Source: Myxococcota bacterium
GTDB taxonomy: Bacteria; Myxococcota; Kuafuiibacteriia; Kuafuiibacteriales; Kuafuiibacteriaceae
Assembly: GCA_036337945.1 (NCBI GenBank)
Contig: JAYZDF010000104.1
Location: forward strand, 15,401 to 79,400
Direction: 5' to 3'
Length of the DNA: 64,000 nt
The position numbers and the translations under genes were made by a program. Under the pieces are notes generated by a model. The model did not search any database. It was not told where the DNA came from and was given only the letters and a program-made list of their open reading frames with translations. Positions within the stretch are counted from its first letter, which is position 1; the number at the start of each line of letters is the position of its first letter. Below are positions 55,822 through 64,000 of this stretch, one piece after another.

Positions 55822-57879
55822 TTATTTCCCCCCCGCCGCGGGAACTGCGCCCGGACGAATCGAAAGAACTTGGTAAGCTTCTACCCCTTGCTCTTTGCCT
55901 TTCACTTTCTTTGTCCCAAGATATTCTACTTCAACGAAATCTCTAATCTCGTTCAAGGTCGCCGCTGAAATGACGACCTGATCAGGTTCAGCCAACCCGC
56001 AGAGTCTGGATGCAGTGTTTACTGTGTCGCCAATGACCGTATACTCTAGACGCTTTTTTGCACCCATATATCCTGCAACCAATGGTCCAGAGTTCACACC
56101 AACTCCCATGCCAATAGGCAGAAGTCCTTCCTCTACACGCTCTGCGTTAAACTGTCTTATCGCATCTCGAAAGCCGACCGCTGCAGCGACAGCATTTAGC
56201 GTTGGGTTCTCGTCCTGCGAAAGTGTTCCCCAGTGCGCCATAAGCGCATCACCAATATATTTGTCTACAACACCGTGGTACTCAAATACGACTTCTACCA
56301 GTCGCTCGAAGTAGTCATTGAGCAAATCAACGATATCCTGTGGACCCCCGGCCGCTTCGCTCATTGCCGTGAACCCGCGAATGTCACAGAACAAAACAGA
56401 GGCGGTGACCTCGCGACCACCTTTGACGATGGCTTGACCTTTGTCGTTGACCATCTGCTCCACAATATGAGGAGCGAGAAACCTGGAAAGCTGGTTGCGA
56501 GTCTTTGCATCTTCTTCGACCTTCCGAAGAAGTCGAGTGTTTGCAATAGCTACTGCTGCTTGACCAGCAAGTGACTTGAGAAGCTGCAGGTCCTTTTCAA
56601 CAAATGCCCCGATGCGTTGTCGTGAATCGAGATGCATTACGCCGTATACAACGTCATTTGCAAGGAGAGGCACACACATAGCCGAGCGGATGCCCTGGCT
56701 AATGATTGACTGAGCAGCTGAAAAGCGAGGATCCAATACAGCATCTGACAAGAGAATTGATGCACGATCATTAATCACCTGATTGATGATACTCGTGGAA
56801 AGTACGATTTCTTCAGTGGGGTCTGAACCTTCTTTTCGCTTTACAGTATGGGGAACCAAAACACCTGTTTCAGGTTCAACAAGGAGAATCACGCCATTAT
56901 CTGCTGGAAGCATCGCAAAAGCCATATCGAGACTTCTCTGTAAAAATACGGAGAAGTCTTGGGAAATACCTGTCCGCGAAAGCTCGTAGGCAACACGCAA
57001 CTTTTCGTAGTCTCGACGTAACGTTTCAACGTCAGAAATTTCGGCCGCAGGGACAAAATCTGCTTCTTCATCACCTGGCTTGATGGCCGTATGAATATGC
57101 GTTGAGCTCGCTGATTCCTGCGGCAAAATAGTGACGAGGTCTTTGGCAGAGGTGGTTGCCGATTTTACAGATTGCGGTGCGGCTTTGAAGGTAAGCTTCA
57201 TTGAGCCAAACAGCAATTCATCGCCATCCTTTAGAATCGTCTCAGAAACGCGACGACTATTGAGAAAAGTCCCATTAGAGGAATTGAGATCTTTGAGGTG
57301 ATACTCCGTACCAGTTCGAGTAATCGTTGCGTGATTCTTGGAGACTTCTCGGTCGTGCAGTCTTATTGAATTCTTAGGATGACGTCCAATTGTATTCTGC
57401 GCATCCAGAATGAACTCAGCATCCACACCTTCGATGCTTTGATAGACAAGTCGGGCGGTTGCTTGCTCTTCAGGAGATTTCGAAGGCATCACCTTCGGTA
57501 CCACCGAGCTCCTCCCTGCCTGTTGTCGCAAGGCAGCTTGCGGAGGGCGAGTAGATTCAACAGCAGAGCCTTTAGCTGTTGGCATAATTGGTGTCACAGC
57601 CCGGGCTGCACCCGTCGGATTTATAGGTGCCTGCTGCCCAGATAGAGGGCGTAATCCGACATTGGAGGGAGTTCTTCTTTGTACCTGCCCCGGTGTGTTA
57701 GCGCCCGACGCTGGATGGCCAAAAGCCGCTGCACCAAACGGTTTCCGACAATATTGACAGTAGACAATGGCTGTCGCAGGCGGACGGGTGAATTCATTCA
57801 CCTCGTTACAATGTGGGCAACGGGCTTGCATAAAACTAAAGAACCCTAGGGCTTCGTGCGCGAAGCTATCACGGGCCAT
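55822..57879 (-). CDS. class III adenylate/guanylate cyclase with N-terminal zinc ribbon, FHA and GAF domains
   Basis: The zinc ribbon is CPHCNEVNEF...YCQYCRKPF. The FHA domain is NTIGRHPKNSIRLHDREVSKNHATI...LNSSNGTFLN. A GAF segment follows. Cyclase motifs are VLFCDIRGFTAMSE, GDALMAHWG, GVNSGPLVAGYMG and YTVIGDTVNTASRL. Confidence 0.9.
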   Translation of the reverse strand: MARDSFAHEALGFFSFMQARCPHCNEVNEFTRPPATAIVYCQYCRKPFGAAAFGHPASGANTPGQVQRRTPSNVGLRPLSGQQAPINPTGAARAVTPIMPTAKGSAVESTRPPQAALRQQAGRSSVVPKVMPSKSPEEQATARLVYQSIEGVDAEFILDAQNTIGRHPKNSIRLHDREVSKNHATITRTGTEYHLKDLNSSNGTFLNSRRVSETILKDGDELLFGSMKLTFKAAPQSVKSATTSAKDLVTILPQESASSTHIHTAIKPGDEEADFVPAAEISDVETLRRDYEKLRVAYELSRTGISQDFSVFLQRSLDMAFAMLPADNGVILLVEPETGVLVPHTVKRKEGSDPTEEIVLSTSIINQVINDRASILLSDAVLDPRFSAAQSIISQGIRSAMCVPLLANDVVYGVMHLDSRQRIGAFVEKDLQLLKSLAGQAAVAIANTRLLRKVEEDAKTRNQLSRFLAPHIVEQMVNDKGQAIVKGGREVTASVLFCDIRGFTAMSEAAGGPQDIVDLLNDYFERLVEVVFEYHGVVDKYIGDALMAHWGTLSQDENPTLNAVAAAVGFRDAIRQFNAERVEEGLLPIGMGVGVNSGPLVAGYMGAKKRLEYTVIGDTVNTASRLCGLAEPDQVVISAATLNEIRDFVEVEYLGTKKVKGKEQGVEAYQVLSIRPGAVPAAGGK

Positions 57880-57987
57880 GTCTCACGGCTAGTCACTCGA
57901 TCATGCGAACAAAAATTCTCTGGAGAGGACGCAAATCGCGGCAGAAAGGTTTTCGAGACCCGCCGTCGATGCTAGAGGTGAGGCGGG

Positions 57988-60561
57988 ATGTCAGTTCCAA
58001 ATCGGCCACCAGAAAATGCCTTGGTTCGTCCGGGGAAACACTTAGGGGGGTGGTTCGGCCGCTTAGCAAATTTTACCTTCGGAAATGTGACAGTACCCCA
58101 GGAGACGGTGGAGCGATTACGTACTGCATATGCGCAAGGAACGGTGGTGCACGTCATTCGTACGCGCCGAGTTCTCGATCCGCTTTTCGTGCTTTCGGTT
58201 TTGGACCGAATGAATCTGCGCAAGCCAAATTGGATGCACGACCACTATGCAAGTAGTTGCGAAGGCACATTAGATTCTTTGCTCAACGAGACCGTTGCAG
58301 GATCACCGAGCCTGCTATTTTTGCGTAAGCCTCGTACGCTCACTACAATCAAGTCGAGCTATTCAGAAAATTACATCGAAGGTTTAGTGGAACTTCAGCT
58401 CAAACAGGAGCGGCCAATAATGCTGCTTCCCCAATCTCTCAGCTGGAAACGTACGCCCGGTGGAATTCGAAGAAGTTTGATTGATGGAATTTTTGGGGAC
58501 CGTGAATCACCAGGGCGACTCCGTGAAATGCTGGGCTTCCTTCTCAACCGTTCGGCCGCTCGCTATCACGTTGGTGCTCCTATAGACCTCAAAGCATTCT
58601 GTGAAAGAGAGGTGGGTAAACCAGTAAAAACGATTGCTCGTAAAATCAGGTGGGCCATTTTGAACCATTTGACTCGAGAAGAGGCCATTCGAATCGGTCC
58701 CGCATACCGCAGCACCGCAAGAATCAGGCAAACCCTTATTAAAGATCCCGCGATTCAACAATACCTTAGAGACCGATCGTTAGACGGAGACGACATCGAA
58801 ATTCTTCAGCAAGAAGCGGATGACATTCTCAAGAATATGGTCGCCGATATGCGACCAAACTATGTCCGCGTATTCGATGCCCTGCTGACGCGAGTTTGGC
58901 GTGATATCTATGATGGGATTTCCGTTGACCGCGATGGGCTAAAGCAAGTCTGGCATGCCGCTCGGCAAGGTCCCATCGTCTTGGTTCCCAGCCATAAAAG
59001 TCACGTCGATTACCTCGTACTTTCTCAAGTATTCTTCCAAGACGGAATGTTACCTGCGCACATCGCTGCGGGCGAGAACCTCAACATGCCTTTGGTTGGT
59101 AAATTTCTGCAAAGGTGTGGCGCTTTTTTTATTCGACGGCGATTTCGAGGCGACAAGCTCTACGCGCTCATTCTTTCAACTTATGTTCGCCGCCTTTTGA
59201 AAGCCGGTCACGCGGTCGAATTTTTCATCGAAGGTGGGCGGAGTCGAACCGGAAAGCAGCTTGCACCAAAAATGGGTATGCTTTCTATGTGTGTCGAACC
59301 GGTGTTAGACGACTCAATTCGAGACGTATGGTTTGTTCCTGTTTCGATTAGCTACGAAAAAGTGATCGAAGCAAAATCGTACGCCAAGGAGCTCGGGGGC
59401 GGTAAAAAGCGAAAAGAGAATCTAAAGTCTCTCGTTTCAGCCCGAAAGTTCCTTAGATCGAAGTACGGGCGAGTTTATGTCGATTTCGATGAACCGGTTT
59501 CACTTCGCACTTTCGCTTCCTCGAGAGGGTTCTCTTTGCCGCGTGATGCCGAGGTTCCCACTTCAGAGGAAAAAAATGCTCGAAGGAAGTTCATCGCAGA
59601 TCTCGCAGAGAAAATCGGGCACGGTATAGATAAGGTCACAAGAATCACCTCCACAAGCATGGCGGCCGCTGCTGTTCTTTCCCACACGCGAAGGGGGATG
59701 TCTCAAAAAGAGCTCGTAACAATCGTGACCCTCATGATTCAGCTGCTCAAAGATCTTGATGCGCGACTTTCTGACACGCTTCAGCCTGAGTCTGTAGGTG
59801 AAGCCGTGGCTGAAACACTGTCGCGATTGGCTGATGATAAATTGCTCAGTATAAGCCATGCAGCAGACGACGATGTTATTTACCAAATTGATGATACTGG
59901 TCGACGTGCACTAGATTACTACAAGAACAATGCGCTTCATTTCTTTGCTCCTCTGTCTATTGTTGCTCTAGCAATTTCATCCGTTGAAAGCGAAACACCA
60001 ACTTTCACCGAGGTTGAAGAGGTTGTTTCGGAACTGTTTACAATTCTACAATTTGAGTTTCATCTCAGGAATGAGCATGAAACCTATCTCGAGAGAGCTC
60101 TAGAAGTGCTTTCCTCTCACCGTCTCATCGAGTACGACAAAGAAGAATCAAAGAGTATAAAAGTCACTCGAATCGGAGAACAGCCCATTCTTCAGCTTGC
60201 TGGTCTACTGTCCGTCTTCTTTGAGGCATACCGACATACCCTTGAGATGACTCTTATTCTTGACAACGGACCAGAACTTGAATCGTCCATCCAGAAAATG
60301 GCTCTGCAACAAGGCGAGAAGCTGGTACTCGAGGGCAAAATCAGGCGAGCGGAAGCGATTTCTAAACTCACGGTTCAAAACGCTACTCGTATGCTGATTC
60401 GAACCAAGATTCTTGAACGAGTCGAAGGCGGCCAACTCTCTTTAGGAGAACAAGGAAAAGAGAGGCGAGACAAGATGATCGAGCGAATGACAAGCCTTCT
60501 TAATACCGTCGACCGACCTTACGCTATATCGGTTCGACCACATCCTGCACAAAATCAATAA
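57988..60561 (+). CDS. plsB: glycerol-3-phosphate acyltransferase PlsB
   Basis: VPSHKSHVDYLVLSQVF (HX4D) and GAFFIRRRFRGDKLY closely match E. coli PlsB (VPCHRSHMDYLLLS, FFIRRTFKGNKLY). The size (857 aa) fits. Confidence 0.9.
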   Translation: MSVPNRPPENALVRPGKHLGGWFGRLANFTFGNVTVPQETVERLRTAYAQGTVVHVIRTRRVLDPLFVLSVLDRMNLRKPNWMHDHYASSCEGTLDSLLNETVAGSPSLLFLRKPRTLTTIKSSYSENYIEGLVELQLKQERPIMLLPQSLSWKRTPGGIRRSLIDGIFGDRESPGRLREMLGFLLNRSAARYHVGAPIDLKAFCEREVGKPVKTIARKIRWAILNHLTREEAIRIGPAYRSTARIRQTLIKDPAIQQYLRDRSLDGDDIEILQQEADDILKNMVADMRPNYVRVFDALLTRVWRDIYDGISVDRDGLKQVWHAARQGPIVLVPSHKSHVDYLVLSQVFFQDGMLPAHIAAGENLNMPLVGKFLQRCGAFFIRRRFRGDKLYALILSTYVRRLLKAGHAVEFFIEGGRSRTGKQLAPKMGMLSMCVEPVLDDSIRDVWFVPVSISYEKVIEAKSYAKELGGGKKRKENLKSLVSARKFLRSKYGRVYVDFDEPVSLRTFASSRGFSLPRDAEVPTSEEKNARRKFIADLAEKIGHGIDKVTRITSTSMAAAAVLSHTRRGMSQKELVTIVTLMIQLLKDLDARLSDTLQPESVGEAVAETLSRLADDKLLSISHAADDDVIYQIDDTGRRALDYYKNNALHFFAPLSIVALAISSVESETPTFTEVEEVVSELFTILQFEFHLRNEHETYLERALEVLSSHRLIEYDKEESKSIKVTRIGEQPILQLAGLLSVFFEAYRHTLEMTLILDNGPELESSIQKMALQQGEKLVLEGKIRRAEAISKLTVQNATRMLIRTKILERVEGGQLSLGEQGKERRDKMIERMTSLLNTVDRPYAISVRPHPAQNQ

Positions 60562-61378
60562 TCTGCCGAGCCACCCTTCTTGGGTATTCTAAGTGTGGGC
60601 TATGCCCAAAATCTTGAGGCGTGCTAAATCTCGTAAGCTCCTGCGGTAAGCAGTGACGGAAAAATGACTCGCCTGTTTTAGGTAATATTCCGTCCTCTTT
60701 GCCCCATACGCATAAGGTTGGGACAGAGAGTTGGGCAATTTCGTCAGTGGAAAACATGACGGACTCATCTAGAGATTCTAGAAGATTACGTACGGTTTCA
60801 TCTCGAAGTGCGTACTTCACTCCGAGACCAAACATGTGTCGCGTCTTATACTGCTTCGATAAAAGTCTATCTACAAATTCCAAACAGGCCTCATGATTAG
60901 ATGGATCAAAAAGTCGGCGAAGAGAGTCCTTCTCTACTTCAGTCATCGGTGCGCCTCCTGGAGAACAGGCAATCAGCGCCTTAATGAATCTTGGCCGCAT
61001 AATCGAATATCTAATCGCCGCTAACCCTCCCAGAGAGTTTCCGTAGAGAATCACGGGTTCAGTAATAATCTGATCAAGCGCCTGCTCAACACTCTCGCGA
61101 AAAAGGTTCGCGTCTATCGAAATGTTCTTGTGACGACTAAAACCGTGACCAGGAAAATCGACAATCGTCATCTTTTGAACATGTCTTCGAAGATGCCTAA
61201 GTAGAGGTCCGTAGTGAGCGCCCGCTGAGCCTAATCCATGCAGAAGCACAACAGGCAGTTGGTCACCGTCACCCTGACGAACCATATAATGAACAGGACC
61301 AGCTGACGTATCAACTTTTTTTGAACGATACCCTTTTGCCCAGAGTAAAGTTCGGCTCACATGTGCTGCCGCTTTCAT
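60524..61378 (-). CDS. alpha/beta-fold hydrolase
   Basis: VVLLHGLGSAG (oxyanion region), nucleophile elbow GNSLGG, and a C-terminal GHSPHLE. Its 3' end overlaps the plsB 3' end (convergent). Confidence 0.75.
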   Translation of the reverse strand: MKAAAHVSRTLLWAKGYRSKKVDTSAGPVHYMVRQGDGDQLPVVLLHGLGSAGAHYGPLLRHLRRHVQKMTIVDFPGHGFSRHKNISIDANLFRESVEQALDQIITEPVILYGNSLGGLAAIRYSIMRPRFIKALIACSPGGAPMTEVEKDSLRRLFDPSNHEACLEFVDRLLSKQYKTRHMFGLGVKYALRDETVRNLLESLDESVMFSTDEIAQLSVPTLCVWGKEDGILPKTGESFFRHCLPQELTRFSTPQDFGHSPHLEYPRRVARQIIDFVQDVVEPI

Positions 61379-61443
61379 ACCCTGAAGAGAATAGAGCTAA
61401 ATAGTCATTTAGTCATCCGACGAAGCGTGAATACGTGAAATAC

Positions 61444-61872
61444 CTAGTCTTCCGAGACAGAGTGAAGAATTTCGCCGGTGGAACCGTTGATTGATAAGCG
61501 TGACCCTTTTTGTACAAACGTGACTGTTGGTCCAGAAATGAACTCAACGCCATCTGGTTTTATCCTCAAATCGGTACACCCGACGATGCAAGGCTTTTTC
61601 AGGTCACGTGACACGATCGCTGCATGGCTCGTCAAACCTCCCGTACCTGTAATGACTCCCGTAGAGGATTGCATCGCAGGGACATCATCGAGAACAGTCT
61701 GAGCTCGAACATATAAAACGTCTTCACCGTTTTCGGAAAATTGAAGAACCTCATCACGATCCAGTACTAATAAACCTGTCGCTACGCCGGCCGAGGCAGG
61801 TAAGCCCTTAGCAATGGTTTGCTGTAGTTCACTCGAGTGTATCTCACCCATTACAGCTTTCGTATGACACAA
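61444..61872 (-). CDS. stand-alone PEP-utilising-enzyme mobile (phosphohistidine swivel) domain protein
   Basis: GLPASAGVATG...LYVRAQTVLDDVPAMQSSTGVITGTGGLTSHAAIVSRDLKKPCIVGC...LSINGSTGEI aligns along its whole length with the central domain of pyruvate phosphate dikinase / PEP synthase, including the catalytic His (TSH). No nucleotide-binding or PEP-binding domain is attached or adjacent. The start may be Met8 of the track ORF. Confidence 0.7.
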   Translation of the reverse strand: MCHTKAVMGEIHSSELQQTIAKGLPASAGVATGLLVLDRDEVLQFSENGEDVLYVRAQTVLDDVPAMQSSTGVITGTGGLTSHAAIVSRDLKKPCIVGCTDLRIKPDGVEFISGPTVTFVQKGSRLSINGSTGEILHSVSED

Positions 61873-61917
61873 ATTAACGGGCTTCGAAAGCTCATTTATG
61901 CCGAAGCTTAATACGCG

Positions 61918-63003
61918 TTAATGAGCTTCTTGATTCTTACGTTTGAGCGCAGCCCGGTCGATCAATTCGCGCAACTCGGCATCTGAAGGCACCCCGCGAC
62001 TAGAAACAATCCCATTTAGAAAAATGCTTGGAGTACCGCGGACCCCAGCATTCATTCCTTGGGCCATATCCTTTCGAACGTTTTCTTCTGCTTGATCAGA
62101 TTGAAGACATAATTCAAACTTTTCGGAGTTCAGGCCAAGCTCGATAGCTAACTTCGCATAGTCCACTTCCACTAGCTTTTCTTGCTTCTCAAATAGTTTG
62201 TCATGGAAAGGCCAAAACGCGTTTTGCTGATTTGCACATTCGGAAGCTATCGCCGCCGGCATCGCATTTTTATGAAAACTCAGCGGATAGTGCATAAAAA
62301 CAAGCGAGATTTGTTCACCAAACTTTTTGATCCGTCGTTCGAGGTCATTTGCAGCAAGTCGACAATAAGGACACTCAAAATCGCTGAATTCCACAATCGT
62401 AACGAGAGAGTTTTTTGCCCCCTTCGAGGGTCGACTTGAGAGGTCAAAATTGAAGGGTAATAAATTGGGCTCATCTAATAGAAGTTCCACTTTCGCATCA
62501 GCATATAAGCGCTCCAACTTCTCTGTGATTATTTCCTTCTGTTTTTCTTGCAGGAGGTACTTCGCAATCTCACCCCGAACAACCTCATAGTCTTGGTTAA
62601 TTCGCGAACGATTGGCTTCGTAGAACCTCTTTACGACATCGGTATCAACTTGTCCCGCCGACTGCCGGAGCTCATTCATATAATCTTTGTAGGAAAGTGA
62701 TTTTTCAGCAGCCGCTTTTCGCAAAAGCTCTTCGGAGACAATCGCGTTTAGAGCTTCCATTTCTTTCTCATAGAAACTGCTCAGAAACTTGTTCTTTGCC
62801 CTTCTCATTTCACCACCCGCTTTCGAAATAATCTGACCATAGGAAACCGTCTCGTTTCCCCAGCGAGCAACGATCTTTTGATGATCAAATCTTCCTATCG
62901 TTTGATTTTTTGTCTCAACAGTTTCGCAGGATTTGTTAGAAACAGGTGTCTGATGCGCACACGCAAAAAACGATACAAGCGTAAGTAAGCCAAGGTTTTT
63001 CAC
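61918..63003 (-). CDS. DsbA-family thiol:disulfide oxidoreductase lipoprotein with an N-terminal chaperone-like (SurA_N-like) domain
   Basis: The lipobox is SFFAC. Motifs seen: FSDFECPYCRLA (CxxC) and GVRGTPSIFLNG (cis-Pro loop). Confidence 0.8.
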   Translation of the reverse strand: MKNLGLLTLVSFFACAHQTPVSNKSCETVETKNQTIGRFDHQKIVARWGNETVSYGQIISKAGGEMRRAKNKFLSSFYEKEMEALNAIVSEELLRKAAAEKSLSYKDYMNELRQSAGQVDTDVVKRFYEANRSRINQDYEVVRGEIAKYLLQEKQKEIITEKLERLYADAKVELLLDEPNLLPFNFDLSSRPSKGAKNSLVTIVEFSDFECPYCRLAANDLERRIKKFGEQISLVFMHYPLSFHKNAMPAAIASECANQQNAFWPFHDKLFEKQEKLVEVDYAKLAIELGLNSEKFELCLQSDQAEENVRKDMAQGMNAGVRGTPSIFLNGIVSSRGVPSDAELRELIDRAALKRKNQEAH

Positions 63004-63024
63004 GTTGACTTCGTCGCATAGGCG

Positions 63025-63849
63025 TCACGGCCTTACAAGCGTAACTAGTAGAAACTTAATTCGGTGGGCGTCTCCTGGTTGATGACCAAAAAGCGGACGC
63101 ACCTCACGAACAGGAAACGGCAGTGTTTTCGTTTTGAAGGGAGGAGGGAGTTTAAGCCAGTACTCAGACACTTGAAGAGGCATATTGAGGACCGTTGAAA
63201 GCAAAGGAAGATCCTCGTACTCCACGGAGATACGATCATAATTTTCTCCCCAAGGCGGATCGATGAATGCAATATCGGCGGCCGGAATATCTGGGACAAA
63301 CTCAAGGTCTGCATGGCGAAAATCAATATTTGCTTGTACACGATATATCCTTGCATTGTGTCTTGCCATTGCGAGTCTCTGTTTGGAGCGTTCAATCGAG
63401 ACAACCTTACATTCACTGCGAGCAAATCCGATCGAGTTACCTCCAACCCCACAACCCAAGTCGAGAATCGTTTGGCCCCTCGCCATCGAACCGATTTCAA
63501 GCGCGATGGATTCGGGAGTGAGTGAAAATCGACCCTCTTCGTCCGTCAAAGTCCCTGAACGAAGAAAACTCTTGGTCTTGTGCCTTCTGGCCACAGCCTC
63601 AAGTCTTCGCGCCTCTCTAACCCATGGTCTCGGTATTTTTGGGGAGACTGTGACTTCTAGCGGCGAACCCTCAAGTCCTAGACCGCGAAGACGGGCTTGA
63701 AGGAGGGCCGCATCCTTTCGAACTAAAGTTGTCGTGGCCGCAAGCCCTCCCTCCAATTTCTGGATTTCCCATGGATAGTCTCCGAGAAGTTTTTGAAGGG
63801 GTAGCCAGCTCGGCAGAGGCCGAATTTCAATCGAGTGAAGGGCGGCCAC
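63025..63849 (-). CDS. class I SAM-dependent methyltransferase, TGS1-like (Methyltransf_15-like)
   Basis: FSLTPESIALEIG...ILDLGCGVGGNSIGFA...VVSIERSKQRLAMARHNARIYRV...IDFRHAD...AFIDPPWGENYD follows the trimethylguanosine-synthase-like pattern (TPE..A, GvGGN.IqFA, hNA.iYGV, PPWGG.Y). It has a GTG start. Confidence 0.65.
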   Translation of the reverse strand: MAALHSIEIRPLPSWLPLQKLLGDYPWEIQKLEGGLAATTTLVRKDAALLQARLRGLGLEGSPLEVTVSPKIPRPWVREARRLEAVARRHKTKSFLRSGTLTDEEGRFSLTPESIALEIGSMARGQTILDLGCGVGGNSIGFARSECKVVSIERSKQRLAMARHNARIYRVQANIDFRHADLEFVPDIPAADIAFIDPPWGENYDRISVEYEDLPLLSTVLNMPLQVSEYWLKLPPPFKTKTLPFPVREVRPLFGHQPGDAHRIKFLLVTLVRP

Positions 63850-63860
63850 AGGTTTCCGTC

Positions 63861-64000
63861 TCAGCGAGTTTCTAAAAAGGTCTGTAAATAGGCTTCAGAG
63901 AACCACGAATCCCAATCACGAGGGCCTTCAATAAAGCCGCGAACTCGACCATCGATAATCACATACGTTTCGGGAAATCGAGTCGTTCCGTATTGACGGG
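63861..64000 (-). CDS. thioredoxin-fold (TlpA/ResA/DsbE-like) protein, C-terminal fragment; gene starts beyond the window end
   Basis: My own translation of the minus strand gives ...RQYGTTRFPETYVIIDGRVRGFIEGPRDWDSWFSEAYLQTFLETR*. The YG..G.PET..ID..G.....G pattern is typical of TlpA/CcmG-type redoxins. It is not in the track because it is truncated. Confidence 0.5.
   Translation of the reverse strand, partial: RQYGTTRFPETYVIIDGRVRGFIEGPRDWDSWFSEAYLQTFLETR

Noticed and set aside
61603-61612. The perfect palindrome GTCACGTGAC, and the parS-like GTACCACGTGAAAAC at 35303..35317
   Set aside because: Only the CACGTG core matches parS. The flanks disagree with TGTTTCACGTGAAACA and GTTCCACGTGGAAC at several positions. 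Both sites lie inside coding regions far from parB, so they are most likely chance matches.
61444-61872. The swivel-domain ORF as a fragment of a disrupted ppdK
   Set aside because: The neighbouring ORFs are intact, unrelated genes, with only about 45-65 nt of spacer on each side. That leaves no room for decayed ATP-grasp or PEP-binding domains. The idea is not fully excluded, so it is kept as a finding with that caveat.
63045-63700. A 151-aa (-) ORF and 145/84/70-aa (+) ORFs within the methyltransferase gene
   Set aside because: They overlap a frame that carries clear SAM-binding and DPPW motifs. They have no independent support.

Overview
This is a densely coding chromosomal window of about 50 genes. 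I saw no rRNA, CRISPR array, transposase, integrase or other obvious mobile element. All calls come from reading the supplied translations and DNA and from remembered family motifs; no BLAST or HMM search was possible.

The gene content points to a Myxococcota-like (delta-proteobacterial, predatory or social) lineage with moderate GC by eye. Supporting features are eukaryote-like Ser/Thr kinases, FHA, GAF and cyclase modules, MJ0042-type zinc ribbons, a DUF4388-like domain, Myxococcus-type cysteine-rich repeats, a bactofilin next to parB, and many lipoproteins and Cys-rich secreted proteins.

Recognisable housekeeping genes are tRNA-Lys(UUU), mutT-like Nudix, kynA, polA, an S1-like protein, tsaE, nnr, class I aldolase fbaB, parB, plsB and a DsbA-like oxidoreductase.

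Blocks worth a second look:
1. An ORF that the six-frame track truncates. It reads as an ArsC/Spx-family protein with an in-frame TGA at the CxxC position and a SECIS-like hairpin just downstream, so it is a candidate selenoprotein. It lies directly upstream of an RpoH-like sigma factor.
2. A type IV pilus minor-pilin/PilY1 operon (fimT-, pilV-, pilW-, pilX-like, pilY1) that continues into a FemAB-like plus AsnB-like pair of the kind normally linked to PEP-CTERM/exosortase loci.
3. A 1146-aa Ser/Thr kinase carrying a tandem MshEN-type c-di-GMP-binding motif.
4. A translationally coupled FHA-GAF-cyclase and Ser/Thr kinase pair.
5. A 1234-aa surface protein (Ig-like repeats, vWA-like domain, Cys-rich repeats, NIDO-like end) abutted by a PhyH-type dioxygenase.
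6. A four-gene envelope hydrolase and beta-barrel cluster.
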